Source: an uncultured Lachnospiraceae bacterium (lineage in GTDB: Bacteria; Bacillota; Clostridia; Lachnospirales; Lachnospiraceae). From it: a stretch of DNA of 64,000 nucleotides. The stretch lies in assembly GCA_910588825.1 (NCBI GenBank), contig CAJURF010000009.1, positions 7,553 to 71,552 on the forward strand, in the 5' to 3' direction. This document shows positions 9,719 through 18,676 of this stretch, in pieces (the first letter of the stretch is position 1; every line of letters begins with the position of its first letter). Position numbers and translations under genes: made by a program. Below the pieces are notes generated by a model. The model saw only the letters and a program-made list of their open reading frames with translations, was not told where the DNA came from and did not search any database.

Positions 9719-10201
9719 ATGAAAGATAGACCTTACAAAAAGTTCGTTTTGTTTTTCATGGCGGCGATAATGATGGTTACAATATTTTCTCCAAGTTCAT
9801 TAGTATATGGAGCACCTGTTGAAAGGTCTATATATGATGATGTTACGGAAATTTCAGACAAAAGTACTATTTTGTCAAGGGGAAATTATCTGAATTATGG
9901 TGCTGTAACCTTAACCAAACTCGATTCTATGAAAATACGGATCTCTGGTGAGACTGCGGCTCATAGAGTTTGTGATACGTTAGTAGTAGATCTTTATTTG
10001 TATCGCAGTAAGGATGGGGAACGTTATGAGAATTATCGAGATTGGTCGTTTAAAAAACAAAATGGAAGTTATTTCTGGAAAGTTCTGGAAGTCATTGTGC
10101 CATCCGGATACTATTACGCCATAGGCGGTAATCACATGGCGTTTTATAATGGTGATGGAGAAAGCACAACTACATTTGCGGCGGGACTTTGGGTTAATTA
10201 A
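9719..10201 (+). CDS. Hypothetical secreted protein (signal peptide)
   Basis: N-terminal signal-like helix FVLFFMAAIMMVTIFSPSSLVYGAP. Low GC. SD GAGG. Confidence 0.45.
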   Translation: MKDRPYKKFVLFFMAAIMMVTIFSPSSLVYGAPVERSIYDDVTEISDKSTILSRGNYLNYGAVTLTKLDSMKIRISGETAAHRVCDTLVVDLYLYRSKDGERYENYRDWSFKKQNGSYFWKVLEVIVPSGYYYAIGGNHMAFYNGDGESTTTFAAGLWVN

Positions 10202-10464
10202 CCATCGTCTGTTTTGTTACATAAGACAGCATACCTTCAGATTCTCTCTTAGTACGTCCGGCTATTAGAGAATCCATCCATGACAAAAATCCATTTGCGT
10301 ATGGAAAATATGTAATATAAATTTTGGTACGATAGTAAAAAGGCAAGTGTCAATAAAGAAAAGCAGGATAGACTGCTGTCATAGTAAAAAAGATACTTAC
10401 GCTACATGCTGTGCAGAAGTTTGGATTTGAAAAAGTTTTGAGTTTATCCTTCATTTTGGCATTT

Positions 10465-10503
10465 GTCTATGAAAAGCCTGCTGGGCGCAAACAGCAGGCT
10501 TTT
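10465..10503 (+). terminator. Rho-independent terminator-like hairpin
   Basis: aagcctgctg-ggcgcaaa-cagcaggctt stem-loop followed by TTTTGTG. Confidence 0.4.
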
Positions 10504-10594
10504 TGTGATTGATGATTAGAAAGAGGGAATCTTTACGGAATCCTGTATAAGGGTTATATAAAGCCTTAAAATAATGAAAGGGAGAAACGAATTT

Positions 10595-11725
10595 ATGAAA
10601 CAAATAGCAGTGATAAGGAATAGAAAAGGCATTGTAACATTGCTGTGTGCACTGGCTCTATTTATAGGTATGCCGGTATGCGTGTCTGCGGCGGGGAGTA
10701 ACGGGAAAGGTGCAAAACTGCCTGCCTATAAACAGGTCAAGAAAGTGCAGGTGGATAAGGAGGATTTCCAGCGCAGCCTGCAGAATGCGCTGGAGATGGC
10801 AGGGAGAAAAGCCAGTAAAAGCTGTCAGTATAAAATCGTAATTCCTCCTGGTGAGTATGTACTTTCCCATGTTCTTACAATCAAAAGCAATATTTGGATT
10901 TATGCCAAAGGGGCAAAGATTACCATTGCAGACCATGTGTCAAGGGTGATGGCGACAGAACCGAATAAGACCTATCAGAATGTCAGAATAGAGGGCGGTG
11001 TGTGGGATGCGTCCAGCCAGACTGGGAGCAGGGAGAAAAGAGAGATGATGCTTCGCTTTTCCCATGTAAAAAATATGGTACTGTCTGGCATGACATTGAA
11101 ATGTAAGCGAAACAACCATATAGTTGAAGTGTCAGATATGAATGGCTTTACAGTTAAGAATTGTAAAATTTCTGGTAACAGCCGGTATCTTCAAGTGCAG
11201 CCCAAAGAGGCGCTTCAGCTGGATGCAGCTACAAAAGAGGCTATGGTAAATTGTACGCCCTATAATGGAAAAGGCTGCCACAATGTGCTGATTACAGGCA
11301 ATACTTTTAGCGATGTATCAAGAGGTGTGGGCTCCCACAGTTATGCCAAAGGTGCAGAGAAGAATCCTTATACAAATATAACGGTTGAGAAGAATACATT
11401 TAAAGGTTGTAAAGGGGAAGCCATATACTTTCTTTATTGGAAGAATTGTTCAGTGCTAAAAAATAAGATTTATAATGCCAAACATGCCGGCATCTATATG
11501 CAGGACAGCACACTCAATAAAGTACAGAATAATACTATAGCGGGAATTGGCGCTTATTCGGGGGAAAGAGCAAAGACGTATGGTTCTGACCGTGCAGGGG
11601 TGTTGATGCGGAATATTAGCCGCAGCCATGTGATAGGTAATCAGGCTTCAGGCTGCAAAAAAGCAGTGATGGAAAATCCAGCGGGTAAGAGAAATGTTAT
11701 AAAAAGAAATAAGAAGCTTCGCTAA
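10595..11725 (+). CDS. Secreted right-handed parallel beta-helix repeat protein (pectate-lyase-like fold)
   Basis: Signal peptide (VTLLCALALFIGMPVCVSAAG). Repeated ...N..I.GN.. beta-helix-like segments. SD AAGGGAG. Confidence 0.55.
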   Translation: MKQIAVIRNRKGIVTLLCALALFIGMPVCVSAAGSNGKGAKLPAYKQVKKVQVDKEDFQRSLQNALEMAGRKASKSCQYKIVIPPGEYVLSHVLTIKSNIWIYAKGAKITIADHVSRVMATEPNKTYQNVRIEGGVWDASSQTGSREKREMMLRFSHVKNMVLSGMTLKCKRNNHIVEVSDMNGFTVKNCKISGNSRYLQVQPKEALQLDAATKEAMVNCTPYNGKGCHNVLITGNTFSDVSRGVGSHSYAKGAEKNPYTNITVEKNTFKGCKGEAIYFLYWKNCSVLKNKIYNAKHAGIYMQDSTLNKVQNNTIAGIGAYSGERAKTYGSDRAGVLMRNISRSHVIGNQASGCKKAVMENPAGKRNVIKRNKKLR

Positions 11726-12220
11726 TGAGTAGAGTTGGGATAATTCAAAAAGAAGATATACTTTAGGCTGTTTTCAGTTCTTTACTTCCACAGTTTTCCC
11801 ATGATGAAAAAGCATTTATCACCGCCTGGCGTACAGGCGGTGAGGGTCAGCACCCGGTCCCCTTTTGTCCGTCAGCGTGTTCACCACATCCACCAGACCG
11901 CAACCCCGGATTTCCACCAGATAATCCAAAGCGTTGATAGCAAAATAATTGACGGGGACCATATCCGGCTGTTTTAGCTCAATTGCATCCTGCCGCCTTT
12001 TCTGTCGCTTTTCATAAAATTCCTTATTTTGTTCCATATTGCAGACTTTCTTTTTTTGATAGTAAAATACAGCTGAATGTGATAAACTATAAAAAACTTT
12101 ACGATTTAGAAAAGGATAAATGGATAATTTTATGAAAATAGTTTGATTGAAAAGGGGGAGGTGATGGCGCGCATTGATTCTTACGGTTAAAGCCGCACAG
12201 AGTATATTGCGCCGAATTAG

Positions 12221-15200
12221 ATGAGACAACATAAGAAAACATGGCAGCCGATTATTTATGCACTCTTTTTCCTGGTTATTGTCCTGGTTTTATTTTACAT
12301 CTACACAACGCAGAATATGGAACGGATTCAGGAACAGAACAGGGTCTATGCAGAGGATAGCGCGCGGCAGACGGCAGAACGCATTGAGAGTGAATTTGAC
12401 AATGCGCTGCAGCGTCTCCAGAACTGTGCCTATCTGGTCAGCGCAAGAGGAAACGGTTCAGAGATTGATGCCCAGGTACTCAGGGAGCTTGAGAAAAACA
12501 CCACATTTGACAGTATCCGCTTTACCAATGGAGACGGTGTTAATCTTGCATCTGATGGAAAAACAAACGATAGTTCCGACCGGAATTATTTTATCCGGGG
12601 AATGCAGGGAGAAAGCGGTCTTGAGACTGTGGAAGAGTCAAGACTTACCGGGAAGCCTATGATGGTCTTTTACGCCCCGGTATATAAAGGAAAAGAAATT
12701 GAAGGGATGTTTTTAGGGCTGTATTTTGCTGAGGATTATCTGCGGAGTATGCTTGCTTCCAGTTATTTCGGCGAGGCCGCGGATGTGTTTCTCTGTTCAC
12801 AGGACGGAGAGGTGATTGCCAGTTCAGGAGATCAGCCCTATGGAGTCGGCCTGATTGAATCTTTGACCGATTCAGGAGTTATTGATGCCCAAACTGCCAG
12901 GACTGTACAAAGTGTGTTCGATGACGGTGGGCAGGCAGCTCTTTTGTGTGAGGAGGGCTGTAAAACAGACAATCTCTGTGTCATCAATCTGCCAGACTAC
13001 GAGTATGTTCTTGTACAGGCATTTCCCCAAAATGTCACTCAGGCAATGGTAAACAGAGCGAATCTAGCGGGTGTGAGATTGGAAATCTGTTTACTGGTTC
13101 TGTTTATGATTTATATTGCTTTTCTGGCAATCCGAGGGGGAAGACAGCGGAAGAAACTGGAAACAGAGAATAAAATAATCAGCGATGTGCTCCGGGGTGT
13201 GAACATCCTTTTTTCATCGCGTTATCTGATTGCGGATCTGGAAAATGACAGCTACTCCTATGTGGCGGGAAAGGGGCCGTTGAACACCCGCATTCCTAAA
13301 GAGGGTGTGTACAGTGAGGTTATCAGGCTTCATGGAGAAGAGATTATCGGGGAAGAGGATAAAGAGGCGTTTTATCATTTCGGCCGGATTGATATCCTCA
13401 GAGAGAATCTCAGCACAAAGGATTCTGTTGTTCATGAGTGTCACGTTTCCCGCTATGGGAAAGAAGAATGGGAACAGTTGATTGTGGTGTGTCTGGAACG
13501 TAAGGAAGGAAAGCCTGTCAGGGTTTTATATGTACGCCAGAATGTCACAGAGCTGAAGTTGAAAGAAATGCGCGAGCAGCGGGAGCGGGCTGTATTGAAC
13601 CGGAAGGAAAGGCAGTACAGAATCGCCATTATGTCTAACTCTTTCAGCGCATTCGAATGTAATCTGACGAAAGACCGGATTGAGCAGGATATTGTCTTCG
13701 TAAGTGATGAGAAAAATATCTCCCTTCTGGAACGGGCAGGGCTGTCTGCGCCGTGCAAAGCTTCTGAATGCTTTGAGCGGTGGATGCAGTTTGTTCTGCC
13801 GGAATCGCAGGAGGATTACTGCAGGGCTGTAAATGTGGATTATCTGAAAGACCAGTATGAGCAGGGGAATATGGAAGTGGATGTGGATTATTGGGGCGGG
13901 ATAGAGGAAAAGGAGCCTCTGTGTGTCCGCCAGTCCTTTACTATGACTTGTGACGAAGATACGGGAGATCTTATCGCTATGGTGGTATCACGGGATATCA
14001 CAGAGCAGGTCAGAAAACAGCGGGAACAGACGCAGGCGCTGCAGGATGCTCTGATGCAGGCACAGCATGCCAATCAGGCAAAGACTACGTTCCTGTCTAA
14101 TATGAGCCATGATATACGTACGCCTATGAATGCGATTATCGGCTTTGCCACCATCGCGGCCAGCCATATGGAGCGTACGGACCAGGTGAGGGAATGTCTG
14201 CAGAAAATCCTCTCATCCAGCAACCATCTGCTGGGATTGATCAATGATATCCTGGATATGAGCCGTATTGAGAGCGGGAAGATGCAGATACATAATCAGG
14301 AATGCAATATTCCTGAGTTGATGCACAATTTAGTAAATATCATCCAGCCCCAGGTGAAGTCCAAGCAGCTGGAGATGTTCATAGATACGTTTGGGGTGGC
14401 CAATGAGGATGTGATTGCGGACCCGCTGAAGCTGAATCAGATATTTATCAATCTGATGGGGAATGCGGTCAAATATACTCCGGCAGGCGGGACGGTGACT
14501 TTCCGCATCACCCAGCACACCACCTACAAACATGGGTGGGGTGATTACGTTTTTACCATTAAGGACAATGGGATTGGAATGTCCCAGGAGTTTGTGAAAC
14601 ATATTTTTGAGCCTTTTGAGCGGGAAACCACTGTGACAAAAAGCAGTATACAGGGCGCGGGACTGGGCATGGCAATCACCAAGAACATCGTTGATATGAT
14701 GGGAGGAGAAATCACAGTAGAAAGCGAAGTCGGAAAAGGGAGCGCTTTCACGGTAAAACTTCCGCTGCAGCTTCAGGATATAGAAAAAACAGCGGAGCAG
14801 ATTAAAGAGCTGGAAGGTCTGCGCTCTCTGGTTGTGGACGATGACCTGAATGTGTGTGACAGCGTGAGCAAAATGTTAAAGAGCATTGGACTGCGCTCGG
14901 AATGGACCACATCCGGCAGGGAGGCGGCATACCGTGCCAAATCTGCTTATGAAGATGGAGACCCTTACCATACTTATATTATTGACTGGCAGATGCCAGA
15001 GACCAGCGGAATTGAAACAGCAAGAAAAATCCGCAGTGTGGTGGGGCAGGACGCGCCTATTATTATTCTCACTGCGTATGACTGGGCTGATATTGAGGAT
15101 GAGGCGAAAGCGGCGGGTGTTACCGCGTTCTGCGCCAAACCGCTTTTTATGTCTGACTTAAAAGCAGCGCTGCTGGCAGCCAATAATATCGGAGACCACA

Positions 15201-15625
15201 GCCAGCCGGAACCAGGGACTGTCTGGACACAGATTGATTACAGCGGCAAAAGACTCCTTTTGGTGGAAGATAATGAGCTGAACCGGGAAATTGCGGAGGT
15301 TATTCTGGAAGAAGCAGGTTTTTTGATTGAATCTGCACCGGACGGAACCGATGCGGTGGCTATGATAGAAAGCTCTCAAGAAGGGTATTATCATGCAGTG
15401 CTGATGGATGTCCAGATGCCGGTTATGAACGGATACGAGGCTACAAAAGCAATCCGGGCCATGCAGAGGGAGGATGTGAAAACCCTGCCCATTATCGCTA
15501 TGACCGCAAATGCCATGGAAGAGGATAAGGAGGCGGCGCTTAAAAGCGGTATGAACGCCCATATTGCCAAACCCATTGATATGGAACTGCTTATGAGTGT
15601 GCTGCGGCAGTTCCTGCATAAATGA
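12221..15625 (+). CDS. Hybrid sensor histidine kinase/response regulator (two TM helices flanking an extracytoplasmic sensor domain, HisKA, HATPase, two receiver domains)
   Basis: TM at residues about 10-30 and about 285-305. H-box SHDIRTPMNAI, G-box GAGLGMAI. REC1 LVVDDD...IIDWQMP. REC2 LLVEDNELN...LMDVQMPVMNG. Confidence 0.85.
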   Translation: MRQHKKTWQPIIYALFFLVIVLVLFYIYTTQNMERIQEQNRVYAEDSARQTAERIESEFDNALQRLQNCAYLVSARGNGSEIDAQVLRELEKNTTFDSIRFTNGDGVNLASDGKTNDSSDRNYFIRGMQGESGLETVEESRLTGKPMMVFYAPVYKGKEIEGMFLGLYFAEDYLRSMLASSYFGEAADVFLCSQDGEVIASSGDQPYGVGLIESLTDSGVIDAQTARTVQSVFDDGGQAALLCEEGCKTDNLCVINLPDYEYVLVQAFPQNVTQAMVNRANLAGVRLEICLLVLFMIYIAFLAIRGGRQRKKLETENKIISDVLRGVNILFSSRYLIADLENDSYSYVAGKGPLNTRIPKEGVYSEVIRLHGEEIIGEEDKEAFYHFGRIDILRENLSTKDSVVHECHVSRYGKEEWEQLIVVCLERKEGKPVRVLYVRQNVTELKLKEMREQRERAVLNRKERQYRIAIMSNSFSAFECNLTKDRIEQDIVFVSDEKNISLLERAGLSAPCKASECFERWMQFVLPESQEDYCRAVNVDYLKDQYEQGNMEVDVDYWGGIEEKEPLCVRQSFTMTCDEDTGDLIAMVVSRDITEQVRKQREQTQALQDALMQAQHANQAKTTFLSNMSHDIRTPMNAIIGFATIAASHMERTDQVRECLQKILSSSNHLLGLINDILDMSRIESGKMQIHNQECNIPELMHNLVNIIQPQVKSKQLEMFIDTFGVANEDVIADPLKLNQIFINLMGNAVKYTPAGGTVTFRITQHTTYKHGWGDYVFTIKDNGIGMSQEFVKHIFEPFERETTVTKSSIQGAGLGMAITKNIVDMMGGEITVESEVGKGSAFTVKLPLQLQDIEKTAEQIKELEGLRSLVVDDDLNVCDSVSKMLKSIGLRSEWTTSGREAAYRAKSAYEDGDPYHTYIIDWQMPETSGIETARKIRSVVGQDAPIIILTAYDWADIEDEAKAAGVTAFCAKPLFMSDLKAALLAANNIGDHSQPEPGTVWTQIDYSGKRLLLVEDNELNREIAEVILEEAGFLIESAPDGTDAVAMIESSQEGYYHAVLMDVQMPVMNGYEATKAIRAMQREDVKTLPIIAMTANAMEEDKEAALKSGMNAHIAKPIDMELLMSVLRQFLHK

Positions 15626-15835
15626 CGAAAAGATGCGAAAACTGAAAGAGAAAGGAACTGCGGCATGGGAGAACTGTCAAAACTACCGATATCCACCGGC
15701 TGCTGGCCCTGGAGGGGGCAGTCCGGGGAGTTAAGAAGGCACAGCTGCCGGATGATGTGAAGGCAGAATTGAAAGAGTTCTATCAGTGGAATAAAAAGTA
15801 AATGAAAATAGAACAGCAAAGAGGAGTTTTGGATT

Positions 15836-16324
15836 ATGAGCCATAAAGATCACGCAAAAAAGGTTCAGGATTCGGCAACTGAGCAGGTTTATATCATACG
15901 TCCCCGACACATCAACCCTCAGGGCAGGCTGTACGGCGGCTGTCTGATGCAGTGGATCGACGAGATGGCGGGGATTGTCAGCAGAAGGCATTCGGGAAAG
16001 ATGATAACCACAGCCGCTGTTGACAGTCTGGAATTTAAGGCGGGTGCTTATCAGAATGATATGATTGTGCTGGCAGGCAGAGTGACTTATGTGGGCCGGA
16101 CTTCCATGGAAGTCCGGGTGGACACTTATATAGAAGATTATCAGGGAAAACGGCAGATCATTAACAGGGCGTACCTTGTGATGGTGGCCGTGGACGAAAA
16201 CGGCACTCCGGTGGAAGTGCCGGGACTTCAGATTGAGTCTGAGGAGGAGCGGGAAGAATGGCTTGGCGCCGAGAGACGGCTTCAGCTGAGAAAGCAGAAG
16301 ATATCAAAAGCCGGTATTTCCTGA
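15836..16324 (+). CDS. Acyl-CoA thioesterase (hotdog fold, YciA/YkhA-like)
   Basis: INPQGRLYGGCLMQWIDE...VTYVGRTSMEV hotdog thioesterase signature. SD AGAGGAG. Confidence 0.8.
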   Translation: MSHKDHAKKVQDSATEQVYIIRPRHINPQGRLYGGCLMQWIDEMAGIVSRRHSGKMITTAAVDSLEFKAGAYQNDMIVLAGRVTYVGRTSMEVRVDTYIEDYQGKRQIINRAYLVMVAVDENGTPVEVPGLQIESEEEREEWLGAERRLQLRKQKISKAGIS

Positions 16325-16358
16325 CGCCGCCTCCGCTGTTTATAAGAATGATGCTTTA

Positions 16359-16385
16359 TCAGCACTCGCATAAAAAGAGTGCTAA
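16359..16385 (+). promoter_or_regulatory. CIRCE element (HrcA operator) upstream of htpG
   Basis: tcAGCACTC-gcataaaaa-GAGTGCTAA matches the TTAGCACTC-N9-GAGTGCTAA consensus at 16/18 positions. Confidence 0.65.
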
Positions 16386-16392
16386 TTTTTCC

Positions 16393-16421
16393 TTGACTTT
16401 TCGTTTTGCTGGTATTACAAT
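16393..16421 (+). promoter_or_regulatory. Sigma-A type promoter for htpG (TTGACT-17-TACAAT)
   Basis: TTGACT at 16393-16398, 17-nt spacer, TACAAT at 16416-16421, about 70 nt upstream of htpG ATG. Confidence 0.5.
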
Positions 16422-16490
16422 ACTCCCTAAGGAAGAAATGAGACCTTTTGACGGGCTGATTATACTATAAAAATAAAGGAGTGAATAGGA

Positions 16491-18599
16491 ATGGCGGCAA
16501 AAAAAGGAAATTTATCCATTAATAGTGAAAACATATTCCCGATTATCAAAAAATGGCTTTATTCAGACCATGATATTTTTTTCAGAGAGATGGTATCCAA
16601 TGGCTGTGATGCTATTACTAAGCTGAAAAAACTGGAAATTATGGGAGAATACCAGTTCCCGGATGACTATAAGGCAAAAATTGATGTGATTGTAAATCCG
16701 GAAGAAAAGAGCCTGAAGTTTATTGATAATGGTATCGGTATGGATGCGGATGAGGTGGAAGAATACATCACGCAGATTGCCTTTTCCGGTGCCACAGAAT
16801 TTTTGGAAAAATATAAGGACAAGACTACAGATGACCAGATGATCGGCCACTTTGGACTGGGCTTTTATTCGGCATTTATGGTAGCGGATGTGGTGCACAT
16901 TGATACTCTTTCCTATAAAGAAGGGGCTAAGCCAGTGCACTGGACCTGTGACGGGGGCACAGAATATGAGATCTCAGAAGGCAATAAAAATACAGTAGGT
17001 ACAGAGATTACTCTGTTCCTCGGGGAATCCAGTGTGGAATTTGCCAACGAATACCGGGCAAGGGAGATTATCGAGAAGTACTGCTCATTTATGCCGGTGA
17101 ACATCTATCTGAGCAAGGCAAATGCAGAACAGGAATATGAGACCATTGACGAAGAAGACCTGCAGGATGACGATGTTGTAGTAGAACATATCCATGAAGA
17201 AGCCAAGACAGAGGAAAAGGAAAATGATAAAGGAGAGAAAGAAGTAGTAGAGATCTCTCCGGCCAGGGACAGGGTGAAGATTAACAAACGTCCGGTTTCT
17301 CTCAGCGATCCGGAGCCATTGTGGAATAAACATCCCAATGAGTGCAAAGATGAGGATTATAAAGAGTTTTACCGGAAGGTATTTATGGACTTCAAGGAGC
17401 CGCTGTTCTGGATTCATCTGAATATGGACTATCCCTTTAACTTGAAAGGTATTCTGTATTTCCCGAAAATCAATACGGAGTATGACTCCATTGAGGGAAC
17501 CATTAAGCTGTACAATAACCAGGTATTTATTGCGGATAATATTAAGGAAGTGATTCCTGAATTTTTGATGCTGCTTAAAGGAGTGATTGACTGTCCGGAC
17601 CTGCCTTTGAATGTGTCCAGAAGCGCCCTGCAGAATGATGGATTCGTGAAGAAGATCTCAGAATACATTACTAAGAAAGTGGCAGATAAGCTCACTGGTA
17701 TGTGTAAGACAAAACGGGAAGACTATGAGTCTTACTGGGATGATATCAGTCCCTTTATCAAATTCGGTTGTATTAAAGACGACAAGTTCTCTGAGCGTAT
17801 GATGGATTACATTCTGTTCAAGAACCTGGATGATAAATACCTCACTCTGAAAGACTGCATTGAGGAAAATAAAGAGCCTGAGGACAAGGAGGCTGAGTCT
17901 GCGGATATTACGAAAGAGGACAAGCCTCAGGAGGATGGCGCAGCTAAGGAAGATGCCCAGGGGGATGATGCCGGGGAGGACGAAGGCAAGGAGCCGAAGA
18001 AAACCACAATCTTCTATGTGACAGACCCGGTACAGCAGAGCCAGTATATTAATCTGTTCCGGGAGCAGGGGCTGGATGCGGTGCATCTGCAGCACAACAT
18101 TGATAATGCGTTTATCTCCCATATGGAACGCCTCAATGACAAAATTAAATTCCAGCGCATTGATGCCGATATGACAGAGGCAGTGGTGGAAGCCGATGCA
18201 GATGAGGAGACGGCAAAGGCCCTCACTGAGCTGTTCCGGAAACAGCTGGACAATGAGTCTCTGAATGTGAAAGTGGAGAATCTGAAAAATGAAAACGTAT
18301 CTTCCATGATGACATTGGAAGAAGACAGCCGCCGTATGCAGGAAATGATGAAGATGTACAGCATGGGCGGAATGGGGGGCATGGACCCCAACATGTTCGG
18401 CGGAAAAGAAACACTGGTGCTCAACGCAAAGAACCAGCTGGTTCAGTATCTGGCTGCAAATCAGGAATCCGAGCATGTGCAGATGCTCTGCCAGCAGCTG
18501 TATGACCTGGCTATGATCAGCCATAAACCGCTGGCACCTGAGGCAATGACTAAGTTTATTGCACGCAGCAATGAGATTATGATGCTGCTGACAAAGTAA
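16491..18599 (+). CDS. htpG: Molecular chaperone HtpG (Hsp90)
   Basis: 702 aa. N-terminal GHKL ATPase motifs (FFREMVSNGCDAITKL, IGHFGLGFYSAFMVAD). Acidic linker. C-terminal dimerisation region. Confidence 0.95.
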   Translation: MAAKKGNLSINSENIFPIIKKWLYSDHDIFFREMVSNGCDAITKLKKLEIMGEYQFPDDYKAKIDVIVNPEEKSLKFIDNGIGMDADEVEEYITQIAFSGATEFLEKYKDKTTDDQMIGHFGLGFYSAFMVADVVHIDTLSYKEGAKPVHWTCDGGTEYEISEGNKNTVGTEITLFLGESSVEFANEYRAREIIEKYCSFMPVNIYLSKANAEQEYETIDEEDLQDDDVVVEHIHEEAKTEEKENDKGEKEVVEISPARDRVKINKRPVSLSDPEPLWNKHPNECKDEDYKEFYRKVFMDFKEPLFWIHLNMDYPFNLKGILYFPKINTEYDSIEGTIKLYNNQVFIADNIKEVIPEFLMLLKGVIDCPDLPLNVSRSALQNDGFVKKISEYITKKVADKLTGMCKTKREDYESYWDDISPFIKFGCIKDDKFSERMMDYILFKNLDDKYLTLKDCIEENKEPEDKEAESADITKEDKPQEDGAAKEDAQGDDAGEDEGKEPKKTTIFYVTDPVQQSQYINLFREQGLDAVHLQHNIDNAFISHMERLNDKIKFQRIDADMTEAVVEADADEETAKALTELFRKQLDNESLNVKVENLKNENVSSMMTLEEDSRRMQEMMKMYSMGGMGGMDPNMFGGKETLVLNAKNQLVQYLAANQESEHVQMLCQQLYDLAMISHKPLAPEAMTKFIARSNEIMMLLTK

Positions 18600-18618
18600 A
18601 TATTTGAATATAACAAAG

Positions 18619-18649
18619 AAGCCCCTGGGATGTATTCCCAGGGGCTTCT
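18619..18649. terminator. Bidirectional rho-independent terminator shared by convergent htpG and metG
   Basis: gaagcccctggg-atgtat-tcccaggggcttc, a 12-bp perfect stem. T-rich run on the minus-strand side. Confidence 0.6.
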
Positions 18650-18676
18650 CTATGGAATGGAGCACTAGGTTCTCTC

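Noticed and set aside
11819-12232. 137-aa minus-strand ORF between the beta-helix gene and the first hybrid kinase
   Set aside because: It overlaps the kinase start, has no convincing SD, and the N-terminal half is low-complexity. Only the last about 72 aa, from ATG 12036, could be a small gene, and no motif supports it. Its 3-prime end contains a GC hairpin (caccgcctg-gcgta-caggcggtg, 11820-11842) that more likely acts as a structural or terminator element.
15660-15800. Open frame downstream of the first hybrid kinase ending ...ELKEFYQWNKK
   Set aside because: There is no ATG/GTG/TTG start in frame after the preceding stop. It is a possible gene remnant but not a supportable CDS.
16258-16470. 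70-aa ORF upstream of htpG
   Set aside because: It spans the CIRCE operator and htpG promoter, so the regulatory elements explain the region better.
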